From the NCBI GenBank assembly GCA_964510945.1, contig CAZEED010000001.1, forward strand, positions 164,577 through 228,576: a DNA stretch of 64,000 nucleotides, given 5' to 3'. Made by a program: the position numbers and the translations under genes. Under the pieces are notes generated by a model, which was given only the letters and a program-made list of their open reading frames with translations, was not told the origin of the DNA and made no database searches. How positions within the stretch are numbered: the stretch's first letter is position 1; each line of letters opens with the position of its first letter. Shown in pieces: positions 1-7,924 of this stretch. This DNA is from an uncultured Candidatus Saccharibacteria bacterium (lineage in GTDB: Bacteria; Patescibacteriota; Saccharimonadia; Saccharimonadales; JAGQNJ01).

Positions 1-98
1 AAGAATAAAAAAGACATAAAAAATCACGCCCCCGAAGCATATGTTTTTTAAATCAAATAAGCACAAACATTTAATATATTATGCGATAATAGACCAAT

Positions 99-1220
99 AT
101 GGATGAATCCAATAAACAAGCATCATCTCCACAAGCAGTCGATCACGAAAGATTGACCAGCCTAATCAACAGTATGGGTGACGGTGTCATCGCAATCGAT
201 CAAAACCAAAAAATAGTGTTATATAACGGTGCCGCATTAAATATTTTAGATAAAAACACCTCAATCCAGAACAGCTATCTATCGTCCGTTCTGAATATCA
301 TTAATAAAGAAAAGCAACCCATCGATATCGCTAGTATTATAAAGAATGCCAAAACTGCGTATTTTAATCGAGATTATTTGTTACTTTATCCTGATAAAAG
401 TACCATCAACCTATACTTAAGCATTGCACCGGTACGACTTGGCTATGGTCAAAAAGACCCAGGTGGTTATGTGGTCTTACTTCGTGACATAACCCGAGAA
501 AAATCATTAGAAGAAGAACGAGACGAATTTATAAGTGTTGTCAGTCACGAACTAAGGACACCGATTGCAATTACCGAAGGCAATGTTAGTAATGCCCAAA
601 TGATCGCTGAAAAAACAGGCGATATAGAAAAAATTAAAGAAGCGCTAAAGCTTGCTCACGACCAAATCCTATTCCTTGGTGACATGATTAACGATCTGTC
701 TACCTTATCCCGAGCAGAAAGAGGCAAACTTGATGTAGATATTGAAGCGATAAATGTTCACGATCTATTAATTGATCTGGTTGAAAACTACAAGGCCGAG
801 GCAGATGCAAAAGGTTTATCAATAAAGACACAATTAGATCCACAGCTTGAGCTACTAAATTCGAGCAAACTATATGTGCGCGAGATTCTCCAAAACTTCA
901 TAACAAATGCTATAAAGTACACTGAGAAAGGCTACGTTGAGATCCAAGCAAAGCCAAGTAACGTAGGAGTTATTTTCAGTATTACCGATACCGGAATAGG
1001 AATCGGAAAAGCCGACAAAGAAAAGATTTTTAACAAATTCTTTAGATCCGAAGATTATCGTACTCGTCAAACAAACGGCACTGGGCTAGGGCTATATGTA
1101 ACCAAAAAGTTAGCGACACTTATTCGTGCAGAAATTTCAATCGAAAGCGAGCTAGACAAAGGCTCCACATTTAAAATCTCAATCCCCGATCTTAAAAAGT
1201 CTATTGAAAGCCACAACTAA
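99..1220 (+). CDS. sensor histidine kinase (PAS-like N-terminus, HisKA, HATPase_c)
   Basis: 373-aa ORF with H-box VVSHELRTP, N-box QNFITNAIKYT, G1 DTGIGIG and G2 GTGLGLY. No response regulator lies inside the window. Confidence 0.85.
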   Translation: MDESNKQASSPQAVDHERLTSLINSMGDGVIAIDQNQKIVLYNGAALNILDKNTSIQNSYLSSVLNIINKEKQPIDIASIIKNAKTAYFNRDYLLLYPDKSTINLYLSIAPVRLGYGQKDPGGYVVLLRDITREKSLEEERDEFISVVSHELRTPIAITEGNVSNAQMIAEKTGDIEKIKEALKLAHDQILFLGDMINDLSTLSRAERGKLDVDIEAINVHDLLIDLVENYKAEADAKGLSIKTQLDPQLELLNSSKLYVREILQNFITNAIKYTEKGYVEIQAKPSNVGVIFSITDTGIGIGKADKEKIFNKFFRSEDYRTRQTNGTGLGLYVTKKLATLIRAEISIESELDKGSTFKISIPDLKKSIESHN

Positions 1221-1244
1221 CTGTGGTACTATTGACAGAGATCG

Positions 1245-1271
1245 CACATACTATAAATGTATGTGTTTTTT
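1245..1271 (+). terminator. intrinsic terminator after the kinase gene
   Basis: CACATAC, a 7-nt loop, GTATGTG, then a T6 run, about 25 nt after the stop codon. Confidence 0.6.
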
Positions 1272-1285
1272 AATAGGAGATCATT

Positions 1286-1681
1286 TTGAGCAAAGCAAAA
1301 CCTAGTACTAAAAAATCACAGTCTCTAAGACAAACTATAGATGACAGCGCTAATAAAGCCCCAAAAAAACGCCGACTAAAAAGTGGCGCTTCGTCAGTGT
1401 CAAAACCAATAAAAAAAGTCTTTCATCGTGGTAAAAAAGAGTATCATATACCTCTCCCGGACAATAAAGCCGGACGAATATTAGGCAAACGCGTAAGAAT
1501 TTTTCCTAGATATTTTCGTGATAGCTGGATAGAGCTCAAACAAGTCGTTTGGCCTGACCGTAAACAAACAATTAAATTAACCACAGCGGTAATAATCTTT
1601 GCGATTGTTTTCGGTTTAGCAGTTGCATTAGTAGATTTTGGACTTGATAAGTTATTTAGAATATTAATATTGGAGAAATAA
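1286..1681 (+). CDS. secE: preprotein translocase subunit SecE with a long basic N-terminal extension
   Basis: TTG start 5 nt after AGGAGA. Single C-terminal TM helix (TTAVIIFAIVFGLAVALVDFGL) preceded by ELKQVVWP. Sits directly upstream of nusG, as in the conserved secE-nusG-rplKA cluster. Confidence 0.75.
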   Translation: MSKAKPSTKKSQSLRQTIDDSANKAPKKRRLKSGASSVSKPIKKVFHRGKKEYHIPLPDNKAGRILGKRVRIFPRYFRDSWIELKQVVWPDRKQTIKLTTAVIIFAIVFGLAVALVDFGLDKLFRILILEK

Positions 1682-2223
1682 TGACAAAGAGATACGACAC
1701 AACAAAACAATGGTACGCAATCCACACCTATAGTGGGTACGAAGAGAAAGTGGCTGAAAGTATTCGACAGCGCGCTGACAGCCTAGATATGAAAGACAAG
1801 ATCTTTCAGATTCTGGTACCTAAAGAGAAGATGATCGAAGTAAAAAATGGCAAACGAAAAGTTGTAGAAAAACGTATATTTCAAGGCTACTGCCTAGTAG
1901 AGATGAAACTAACCGAAGATGCATGGTATATCGTACGCAACACCCCTAACGTAACCGGCTTTGTTGGTACAGGCACCGAGCCAACACCAGTATCTTACGA
2001 AGAAATTGAAAAAATCATGAAGCGTATGGGTCGAGAAGAGCCAAAACACAAAATTGACTTTAAAGTTGGTGAAGTAGTTAACATTATCGATGGTCCATTC
2101 AAAGGATTTGATGGAGCAATTAACGAGATTGATGTACAAAAAGGCAAACTAAAAGTACTAGTGAACATGTTTGGCCGTGAAACTCCAGTAGAATTAGACA
2201 GCCTCCAAGTAAAACGAGTGTAG
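1681..2223 (+). CDS. nusG: transcription termination/antitermination factor NusG
   Basis: N-terminal KQWYAIHTYSGYEEKV (NGN domain) and a KOW motif GEVVNIIDGPFKGFDGAINEID. ATG overlaps the secE stop. Confidence 0.95.
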   Translation: MTKRYDTTKQWYAIHTYSGYEEKVAESIRQRADSLDMKDKIFQILVPKEKMIEVKNGKRKVVEKRIFQGYCLVEMKLTEDAWYIVRNTPNVTGFVGTGTEPTPVSYEEIEKIMKRMGREEPKHKIDFKVGEVVNIIDGPFKGFDGAINEIDVQKGKLKVLVNMFGRETPVELDSLQVKRV

Positions 2224-2309
2224 ACAACAGGGGTAATCTGTAGTAGTATGTATCAGTTACGCACAATAACTGCATGCTTCAGCAGTTAAATGCAAATAAG
2301 GAGAAAATA

Positions 2310-2735
2310 GTGGCTAAAAAAGTTACAGCAAATTTAAAGATGAAAATACCTGCCGGCAAGGCTAGCGCTGGACCTCCAGTTGGTTCTACTCTTGGTCAGT
2401 ACGGTGTTAATATGATGGATTTTGTGACACCATTTAATGAACAGACACGTGAACTTAAGGGTACAGTTACTGCACATATTCAGATTTATGATGATCGAAG
2501 CATGGATTTTAGAGTTGTCGCAGAACCTACAGATGATCTAATTCGTCAAAAACTAGGTATCGACAAGGGTAGTGGGAAACCAAATACCGAAAAAGTATCA
2601 AAAAAACTATCTGATGCGCAACTTACTGAAATTGCTGAGATAAAAGCTAATGACATGAACACCGATGATATTGACGCAGTCAAAAAAATGGTAGCAGGCA
2701 CAGCCCGAAGCATGGGTGTGGAGATCGAAGTTTAA
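2310..2735 (+). CDS. rplK: 50S ribosomal protein L11
   Basis: GTG start 8 nt after AAGGAG gives the N-terminus AKKVTANLKMKIPAGKASAGPPVGSTLGQYGVN, typical of L11. The upstream ATG at 2274 would add a non-conserved extension. Confidence 0.93.
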   Translation: MAKKVTANLKMKIPAGKASAGPPVGSTLGQYGVNMMDFVTPFNEQTRELKGTVTAHIQIYDDRSMDFRVVAEPTDDLIRQKLGIDKGSGKPNTEKVSKKLSDAQLTEIAEIKANDMNTDDIDAVKKMVAGTARSMGVEIEV

Positions 2736-2736
2736 G

Positions 2737-3024
2737 ATGGCCGAAACACTCGTTGTCGCAAGCTCTGATGAAGTATTATCGGAAGCTGCAGCAATTTCTT
2801 ACGGAGATGCTGATATATGTGACTACAGCTGGTATTTTTCACTTGAGTTGAGGGATCGGGCTAGATGGTGGAATGACATGGAAAGTATTGGAATATTTCC
2901 TTACTCAGAATTTATTGAAATGACAACAGAGTGGTTCCATGATGATGATAACTCAGCTCGAGCCAAGATACTAATTGATGTGACTACCATGATGCTAGAC
3001 GCAGCACTTGAATCACAGGAATAA
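2737..3024 (+). CDS. hypothetical small acidic protein inserted between rplK and rplA
   Basis: ATG lies 1 nt after the rplK stop. 95 aa, rich in D/E/W, with 1 Lys and 4 Arg by my count. No recognisable motif. Confidence 0.55.
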   Translation: MAETLVVASSDEVLSEAAAISYGDADICDYSWYFSLELRDRARWWNDMESIGIFPYSEFIEMTTEWFHDDDNSARAKILIDVTTMMLDAALESQE

Positions 3025-3077
3025 TTAATTAATTGTGGGAGGCCGTCGAACAGCCGTTATCACCACTAGGAGAAAAC

Positions 3078-4052
3078 ATGGCAGAAGCCAAAAAAACAAC
3101 TAAAAAGACACCAGAACAAGAAGTAGAGATTCTTGAATCTATTAAGAAGGCCGAAAAAGCTGTCGTAGTCAAAGAAGCCAAAGAAATAGTTGAAGAAGAG
3201 AAGTCTGAAGCTATTACTAAAAAAGCCGGAAAACATAGCGCCAAGGGGCTCAAAGAAGAGCAAGAAAAGTTAGAAAAAATTGAACGCCAAAAGCATAAAG
3301 AAGAACAAGAAGCCGTTGAGCAGTCAAAGCCAAAAGTAGTTCAAAAACCTGCGCGTCCACATCATGAACGCAAAGGTAAAAAGTATCGAGAGAGCTACAA
3401 ACTAATCAACAAAGATACTGAATACAGCCTGAGCGACGCAATTGCTCTTGCAAAAAAGACAAGTAACGTAAAATTTGATGCGTCTGTAGAATTACACGTA
3501 AAGCTAAACGTTAACCCAAAGCACGCGGATCAGAATATTCGTGAAAGCATTGTATTACCTGCAGGAACCGGAAAGAAAGTAACAGTAGCTGTATTTGCAG
3601 AAGCAGAAGATGCAAAAAAGGCAAAAACTGCAGGTGCCGATATCGTTGGTGAAGACGACTTTTTGCAACGCCTAGATAATGGTCAATTTGATTTTGATGT
3701 ACTAGTCTCTACCCCAAAGTTAATGGCTAGACTTGGCAAATATGCCAAAGATCTAGGGCCACGAGGTTTAATGCCTAATCCAAAGAGTGGAACAGTCACA
3801 AACGACGTTGCCAAGGCAGTTACAGAGTCTAAGGGTGGTAAAGTTGAATATCGTGTAGACAGCACTGGTATTGTCCACTTAGCTACTGGTAAAGTTAGCT
3901 TTAGCGACAAAGATCTTGCCCGTAATATCGATACAGTTTTTGCCAGTATCAAAAACGCCAAGCCAACCTCTATAAAAGGGACTTATGTTGATTCTATCTA
4001 CATCAGCACCTCTATGGGGCCAAGTATCAAAGTTGCAAACAACGTAATCTAG
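3078..4052 (+). CDS. rplA: 50S ribosomal protein L1 with a roughly 90-aa Lys/Glu-rich N-terminal extension
   Basis: ATG after AGGAG. The core from [14 protein letters not shown]...[11 protein letters not shown] through [15 protein letters not shown] matches L1. The preceding K/E low-complexity segment is extra. Confidence 0.9.
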   Translation: MAEAKKTTKKTPEQEVEILESIKKAEKAVVVKEAKEIVEEEKSEAITKKAGKHSAKGLKEEQEKLEKIERQKHKEEQEAVEQSKPKVVQKPARPHHERKGKKYRESYKLINKDTEYSLSDAIALAKKTSNVKFDASVELHVKLNVNPKHADQNIRESIVLPAGTGKKVTVAVFAEAEDAKKAKTAGADIVGEDDFLQRLDNGQFDFDVLVSTPKLMARLGKYAKDLGPRGLMPNPKSGTVTNDVAKAVTESKGGKVEYRVDSTGIVHLATGKVSFSDKDLARNIDTVFASIKNAKPTSIKGTYVDSIYISTSMGPSIKVANNVI

Positions 4053-4183
4053 TTACAGCAACACACGATTAAGGCAACAAAATAAAGCTAGTTGTAAAAA
4101 TGATGTTGTAATAATCATCATTTGCTTGTTAGCTGTTTGCTTTACAAAGTACAATATAGACATCAACAAGAGAGGGGAATCAG

Positions 4184-4897
4184 TTGTCTGTATATAGCAA
4201 CACACAAATAAGACAAGCAATCAACTATGGCCATATTGTTTGCACGCCTTTTAATCCAAAACACGTTGCGCATGCTAGCCTCGACGTAACCTTAGGCTAC
4301 TACTACTATCGAACAGAAAGAGCCGGTGACCACACTATCTACAACCCTTTCGACGAAGCCGATGTTTCTAGATATTTTGAGGGCGCCCACAAAGCTGTAC
4401 CACATAAAAAATGGTGTGACGACAATGGAGTAAAACTTCTCAAAGGAGTGCCCGCTGATCATCCAGTAATCCCACTAAAACCGGGAGAGAGAATTCTAGC
4501 CCATACTCATGAATTTTTTGGCATAAAACCACCGGGAGCGTATGAGCTAAAATCACGATCAAGCTGGGGCCGTAATGGCATAGCTGTATGTTTTGATGCA
4601 GGCTGGGTTGACCCTGGTTACATTAATCGCTTAACTCTAGAGATTTTTAATCTCAACCACAAAGAAATCGTACTATTGCCTGTAGGCGAACGTATCGGGC
4701 AAGCAGTATTTCATGACACGGGGCAGGTTGAAGGAAACTATGGAGAGGGTCGAGAAAACGGCTTTAGTGGAAAGTACCAAAGTGGTACAGATCTAGATAC
4801 CCTAATAAAAACCTGGAAGCCAGAAATGATGCTACCAAAAGCGTATAAAGACAAACGATCGTTGCCAGTAAAGATTAAAGGATTAAAAAGTGACTGA
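4184..4897 (+). CDS. dcd: dCTP deaminase family protein (dUTPase fold)
   Basis: TTG start after GAGGGG. N-terminus IRQAINYGHIVCTPFNPKHVAHASLDVTLG resembles the dCTP deaminase N-terminus. 237 aa is longer than typical. Adjacent to tmk/thyX. Confidence 0.7.
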   Translation: MSVYSNTQIRQAINYGHIVCTPFNPKHVAHASLDVTLGYYYYRTERAGDHTIYNPFDEADVSRYFEGAHKAVPHKKWCDDNGVKLLKGVPADHPVIPLKPGERILAHTHEFFGIKPPGAYELKSRSSWGRNGIAVCFDAGWVDPGYINRLTLEIFNLNHKEIVLLPVGERIGQAVFHDTGQVEGNYGEGRENGFSGKYQSGTDLDTLIKTWKPEMMLPKAYKDKRSLPVKIKGLKSD

Positions 4898-7232
4898 CGA
4901 CCCACAAAAATTCGGTGGGAAAGAATCTACTAATTTAGCTAAAGGCATTTTTATCGTTATCGAGGGCACAGACGGCTCTGGGAAAGGGACTCAATTCAAG
5001 CTACTATCGGATCGATTACAGAAAATGGGCTACCAGATTGAAACTTTTGATTTTCCGCAATACGAAAACGATTCAAGCTATTTTGTAAAACAATACCTAA
5101 ACGGAAAATACGGAACATCCGATGAAGTGGGCCCATACACTGGATCAATGTTTTACGCACTAGACCGGTTTGAGGCTGGACCAAAAATTAAGCAGGCTTT
5201 GAACGAAGGAAAAATCGTTATAGCGAATAGGTTCACTGGCTCAAACATGGCTCATCAAGGAACAAAATTCACGAACTCTGAAGAACGAAAGGGGTATTTT
5301 TTATGGCTAGATAATCTTGAATTTATGACACTAAAAATACCTAGACCAGATATTAGTATAGTTCTAAGAATGCCGGCCGAAATCGCTCAAAATCTTGTAG
5401 ACAAAAAAGAAGCTAGGAGCTATACAGATAAGAAACGAGATATCCTCGAAGCAGACTTAAATCACCTTAAAAGATCTGTTGAAGTATATGATGATTTATG
5501 TGAAATATTCCCGAAAGATTTTACTCGTATTGACTGCGTTAGAAATGATCAACTACTAAGTATAGAAGAGGTACAAAAGTTGCTGTGGGAAAAAATAACT
5601 CCGAGATTACCAGTAATTAACGTTACAGAGCTGACCTCCGAAAACGAAAACTATGTCGTGAAAAACGAAAACGGCTCGTTCTCTATAACTAGCGCCGGAA
5701 AAGAATTTTTAAGCGGTGCAATTACAAATACAGATGATAATGTCTATGCATTCACTGGCGAAAATCTTACGCCAATAACCGCTGCTGCAGCAATGGCCAG
5801 ACTGAGCCGTCGTGGGGACGATATGCGCGTGACAATACTAGACGAGTTCGCAAAAAATCTTGGCAAGGATGAAGGCCTGCTAAAACGAGTTATTACTGCG
5901 TATGGTGATGATTCTGTCCAACAACTTGTCGGCCAACACTTGGTAGTAGAAGAAGCGTCCAATCTACTGACTAAAAAACTTGAGTGGGGAAGATTGGCTT
6001 CATATCTAGAACAATCAACACGTTACATTTATTTTGATCAAAAGGATAAAAACGGTCGATACAAGTATTTCACTCCGCCAGAGCTAGACGAGTTAACAAA
6101 ACAAGTTTATGAACAAAAAATGGACAAGCTATTTGATAACTATTCAAAACTTGCTAGCGAACTAACAGACTATGTACGAAATAAATCTACTGTTGCCGAG
6201 TCAGAACGCGATATCGCTTGGAAGGGCGCAACCCGTGCTCAAGCTTGCGATGCAATTAGAGCAGTCCTGCCAGTAGCAACAAAATCAACTGTCGGGATTT
6301 ATGCGTCCGGTCAAGCACTAGAGAGTTTAATTATGCACCTTCAAAGCGACGAATTAGCAGAAGCTAGAACTACTGGTGGCAAAATCCTAGCAGAGTCTAG
6401 AAAGGTTTTGCCAGCATTTTTAGAACGTGCCGACAAGCCCGAAAGAGGCGGAGCAAACATAGCCTACAAAGCCAACACAGCAAGAAAAGTGAAAGATTTA
6501 GCTCTAAACTATCTCCCTAACAATAACGTGGGTGCTAATGAAGACGTGGTTCTTACAGATTATTGGCCAAAAAACGAGTTCGATCTAGTTGCCGACATGC
6601 TATATGACCACAGTTCGTTATCGCTTGATGACATACGTAAGGAAGTCTCAAGCTGGCCATTTGAGCGTAAACAAGAGGTTTTTGATGCTTATGTGGGTGA
6701 AAGGCTAAATAGACGTCATAAACCCGGCAGAGCCCTAGAAAAGGCACATTACAGCTGGGATCTTGTGTGTGATTACGGAATCTTTCGCGATTTACAGCGT
6801 CATCGCATTGTCGATGACCTAGAATGGCAACTATTAACACCAAGATATGGTTATGAGATTCCAGAACTCGTAGAAAAGGCCGGGTTAAGTGATCTATTTG
6901 AACAGTGTTTTGATATGAGCCTAACGTTATATAGCGACATGCAACAGGCGGGATATGCACTCGAGGCTCAGTATGCAACGCTACTTGGCCATAAAATGCG
7001 CTGGAAAGTCACGTACAACGCTAGAGAAGCCTTTCATTTGCACGAACTCCGTACTGCTCCTCAGGGCCACCCAGGATATCGCAAACTTGTTAAACAAATG
7101 CACGATAGACTGTGCGAAGTGCATCCATCTATTGGCGCAGCCATGAAATTCGTCAACAAAGACGAAGATCCCGAGCTAACAAGACTTGCAGCTGAAAAAT
7201 ACACTCAGTTCAAACTAAAAGGTCTTCAGTAG
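4890..7232 (+). CDS. tmk-thyX: fusion protein: N-terminal thymidylate kinase plus a C-terminal large ThyX-like (FAD-dependent thymidylate synthase) region
   Basis: P-loop IEGTDGSGKGTQ and ANRFTGSNMAHQG (Tmk). C-terminal FRDLQRHRIVD...PRYG and FHLHELRTAPQGHPGYR resemble the ThyX RHR signature region. A single uninterrupted 780-aa ORF. Confidence 0.75.
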   Translation: MTDDPQKFGGKESTNLAKGIFIVIEGTDGSGKGTQFKLLSDRLQKMGYQIETFDFPQYENDSSYFVKQYLNGKYGTSDEVGPYTGSMFYALDRFEAGPKIKQALNEGKIVIANRFTGSNMAHQGTKFTNSEERKGYFLWLDNLEFMTLKIPRPDISIVLRMPAEIAQNLVDKKEARSYTDKKRDILEADLNHLKRSVEVYDDLCEIFPKDFTRIDCVRNDQLLSIEEVQKLLWEKITPRLPVINVTELTSENENYVVKNENGSFSITSAGKEFLSGAITNTDDNVYAFTGENLTPITAAAAMARLSRRGDDMRVTILDEFAKNLGKDEGLLKRVITAYGDDSVQQLVGQHLVVEEASNLLTKKLEWGRLASYLEQSTRYIYFDQKDKNGRYKYFTPPELDELTKQVYEQKMDKLFDNYSKLASELTDYVRNKSTVAESERDIAWKGATRAQACDAIRAVLPVATKSTVGIYASGQALESLIMHLQSDELAEARTTGGKILAESRKVLPAFLERADKPERGGANIAYKANTARKVKDLALNYLPNNNVGANEDVVLTDYWPKNEFDLVADMLYDHSSLSLDDIRKEVSSWPFERKQEVFDAYVGERLNRRHKPGRALEKAHYSWDLVCDYGIFRDLQRHRIVDDLEWQLLTPRYGYEIPELVEKAGLSDLFEQCFDMSLTLYSDMQQAGYALEAQYATLLGHKMRWKVTYNAREAFHLHELRTAPQGHPGYRKLVKQMHDRLCEVHPSIGAAMKFVNKDEDPELTRLAAEKYTQFKLKGLQ

Positions 7233-7542
7233 GCATTTTATAGGTAACTTCTAAAAGCATATGCTCATCATCAAAAACTCGCGAAACATCTAAGACAACC
7301 TCCCCAATCGCTAAAACACGATCCGGATTTTCTACGCAAGGCGTAATATCAGCCTCGTATTGAAACACTTCATGGGCGATAGCGTGTATCGGGTCGTGAC
7401 CAACAGCAAAATACCCCAGGATTGGCCTGCTCGGCTCATAGCCATCTGCTATCCGACCAAGATTGTCGACAACTTTTTTTCCCATTCTTGCTCCAAGAGT
7501 CTCAACTGAATCGCTCGGGCTAGGTAATCTAATTAGTGACAT
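7210..7542 (-). CDS. hypothetical acidic protein
   Basis: The start at MSLIRLPSP (ATG 7542) is preferred because GAGGA lies just upstream and a terminator hairpin occupies the longer N-terminal extension in the ORF track. The 3' end overlaps the thyX stop convergently by 23 nt. Confidence 0.5.
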   Translation of the reverse strand: MSLIRLPSPSDSVETLGARMGKKVVDNLGRIADGYEPSRPILGYFAVGHDPIHAIAHEVFQYEADITPCVENPDRVLAIGEVVLDVSRVFDDEHMLLEVTYKMPTEDLLV

Positions 7543-7554
7543 AATATCCTCATT

Positions 7555-7579
7555 AAAAAAGCCTCCGTTTCGCGGAGGC
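7555..7579 (-). terminator. hairpin plus T-tract immediately upstream of the 7542 start (attenuator-like)
   Basis: Minus strand reads GCCTCCG-CGAAA-CGGAGGC followed by TTTTTT. An upstream GGAGGCC (7613-7619) can pair with the 5' arm as an alternative structure. Confidence 0.5.
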
Positions 7580-7732
7580 CAGTCTTTCGTTCTTTGTTGC
7601 GTTATCGCAATCGGCCTCCACACATATCGCCACAAATGATCACTCGATTTGTGAGCATTGTTTTATGGCTATATTTGGCTCGTTGTATTAGTTTATTCAT
7701 ACCGCAATTAAAATTACTCCTATAAAAAGGGG

Positions 7733-7760
7733 TTGTCAAGAATATTTTTTATGCTAAATT
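7733..7760 (+). promoter_or_regulatory. putative sigma70-type promoter for the leuA-like leader
   Basis: TTGTCA (7733-7738), 16-nt spacer, TAAATT (7755-7760). The same hexamer region read on the minus strand is TTGACA, suggesting divergent promoters. Confidence 0.35.
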
Positions 7761-7769
7761 ATATATCTA

Positions 7770-7847
7770 ATGATAACTAAATCGTTGAAGCAACAAATTC
7801 TACTGCTAGGCCTACAAGGGTTGTGCTTCAACATGGTTGAAGCCTAA
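7770..7847 (+). CDS. candidate Leu-rich leader peptide (25 aa: MITKSLKQQILLLGLQGLCFNMVEA)
   Basis: ATG 7770, TAA 7845-7847. Codons CTA CTG CTA GGC CTA at 7800-7814. The stop abuts the antiterminator arm. No SD; the start lies about 10 nt after the putative -10 box. Confidence 0.45.
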   Translation: MITKSLKQQILLLGLQGLCFNMVEA

Positions 7848-7881
7848 GCGTATATTTCGCTTCTAGCACAACCGACATCAA

Positions 7882-7906
7882 ACGGCTTCAACGAAGCCGT
7901 TTTTTT
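7882..7906 (+). terminator. attenuator terminator upstream of the leuA-like gene
   Basis: ACGGCTTC-AAC-GAAGCCGT followed by a T-run, ending 6 nt before the AAGGAG RBS of the 7925 ORF. GTTGAAGCC (7836-7844) is complementary to GGCTTCAAC (7884-7892), which would act as an antiterminator. Confidence 0.6.
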
Positions 7907-7924
7907 AAATTTAAGGAGAAAATA

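Noticed and set aside
2274-2309. Upstream ATG start for rplK (and the ORF-track starts at 2716 and 3033 for the next two genes).
   Set aside because: The internal starts at GTG 2310, ATG 2737 and ATG 3078 have proper RBS spacing. They also give canonical L11 and L1 N-termini or avoid overlap with the preceding gene.
7640-7924. T-box riboswitch upstream of the leuA-like gene.
   Set aside because: No T-box consensus (AGGGTGGNACCGCG-like) or specifier-loop architecture was seen. The small Leu-rich ORF with alternative hairpins explains the region better.
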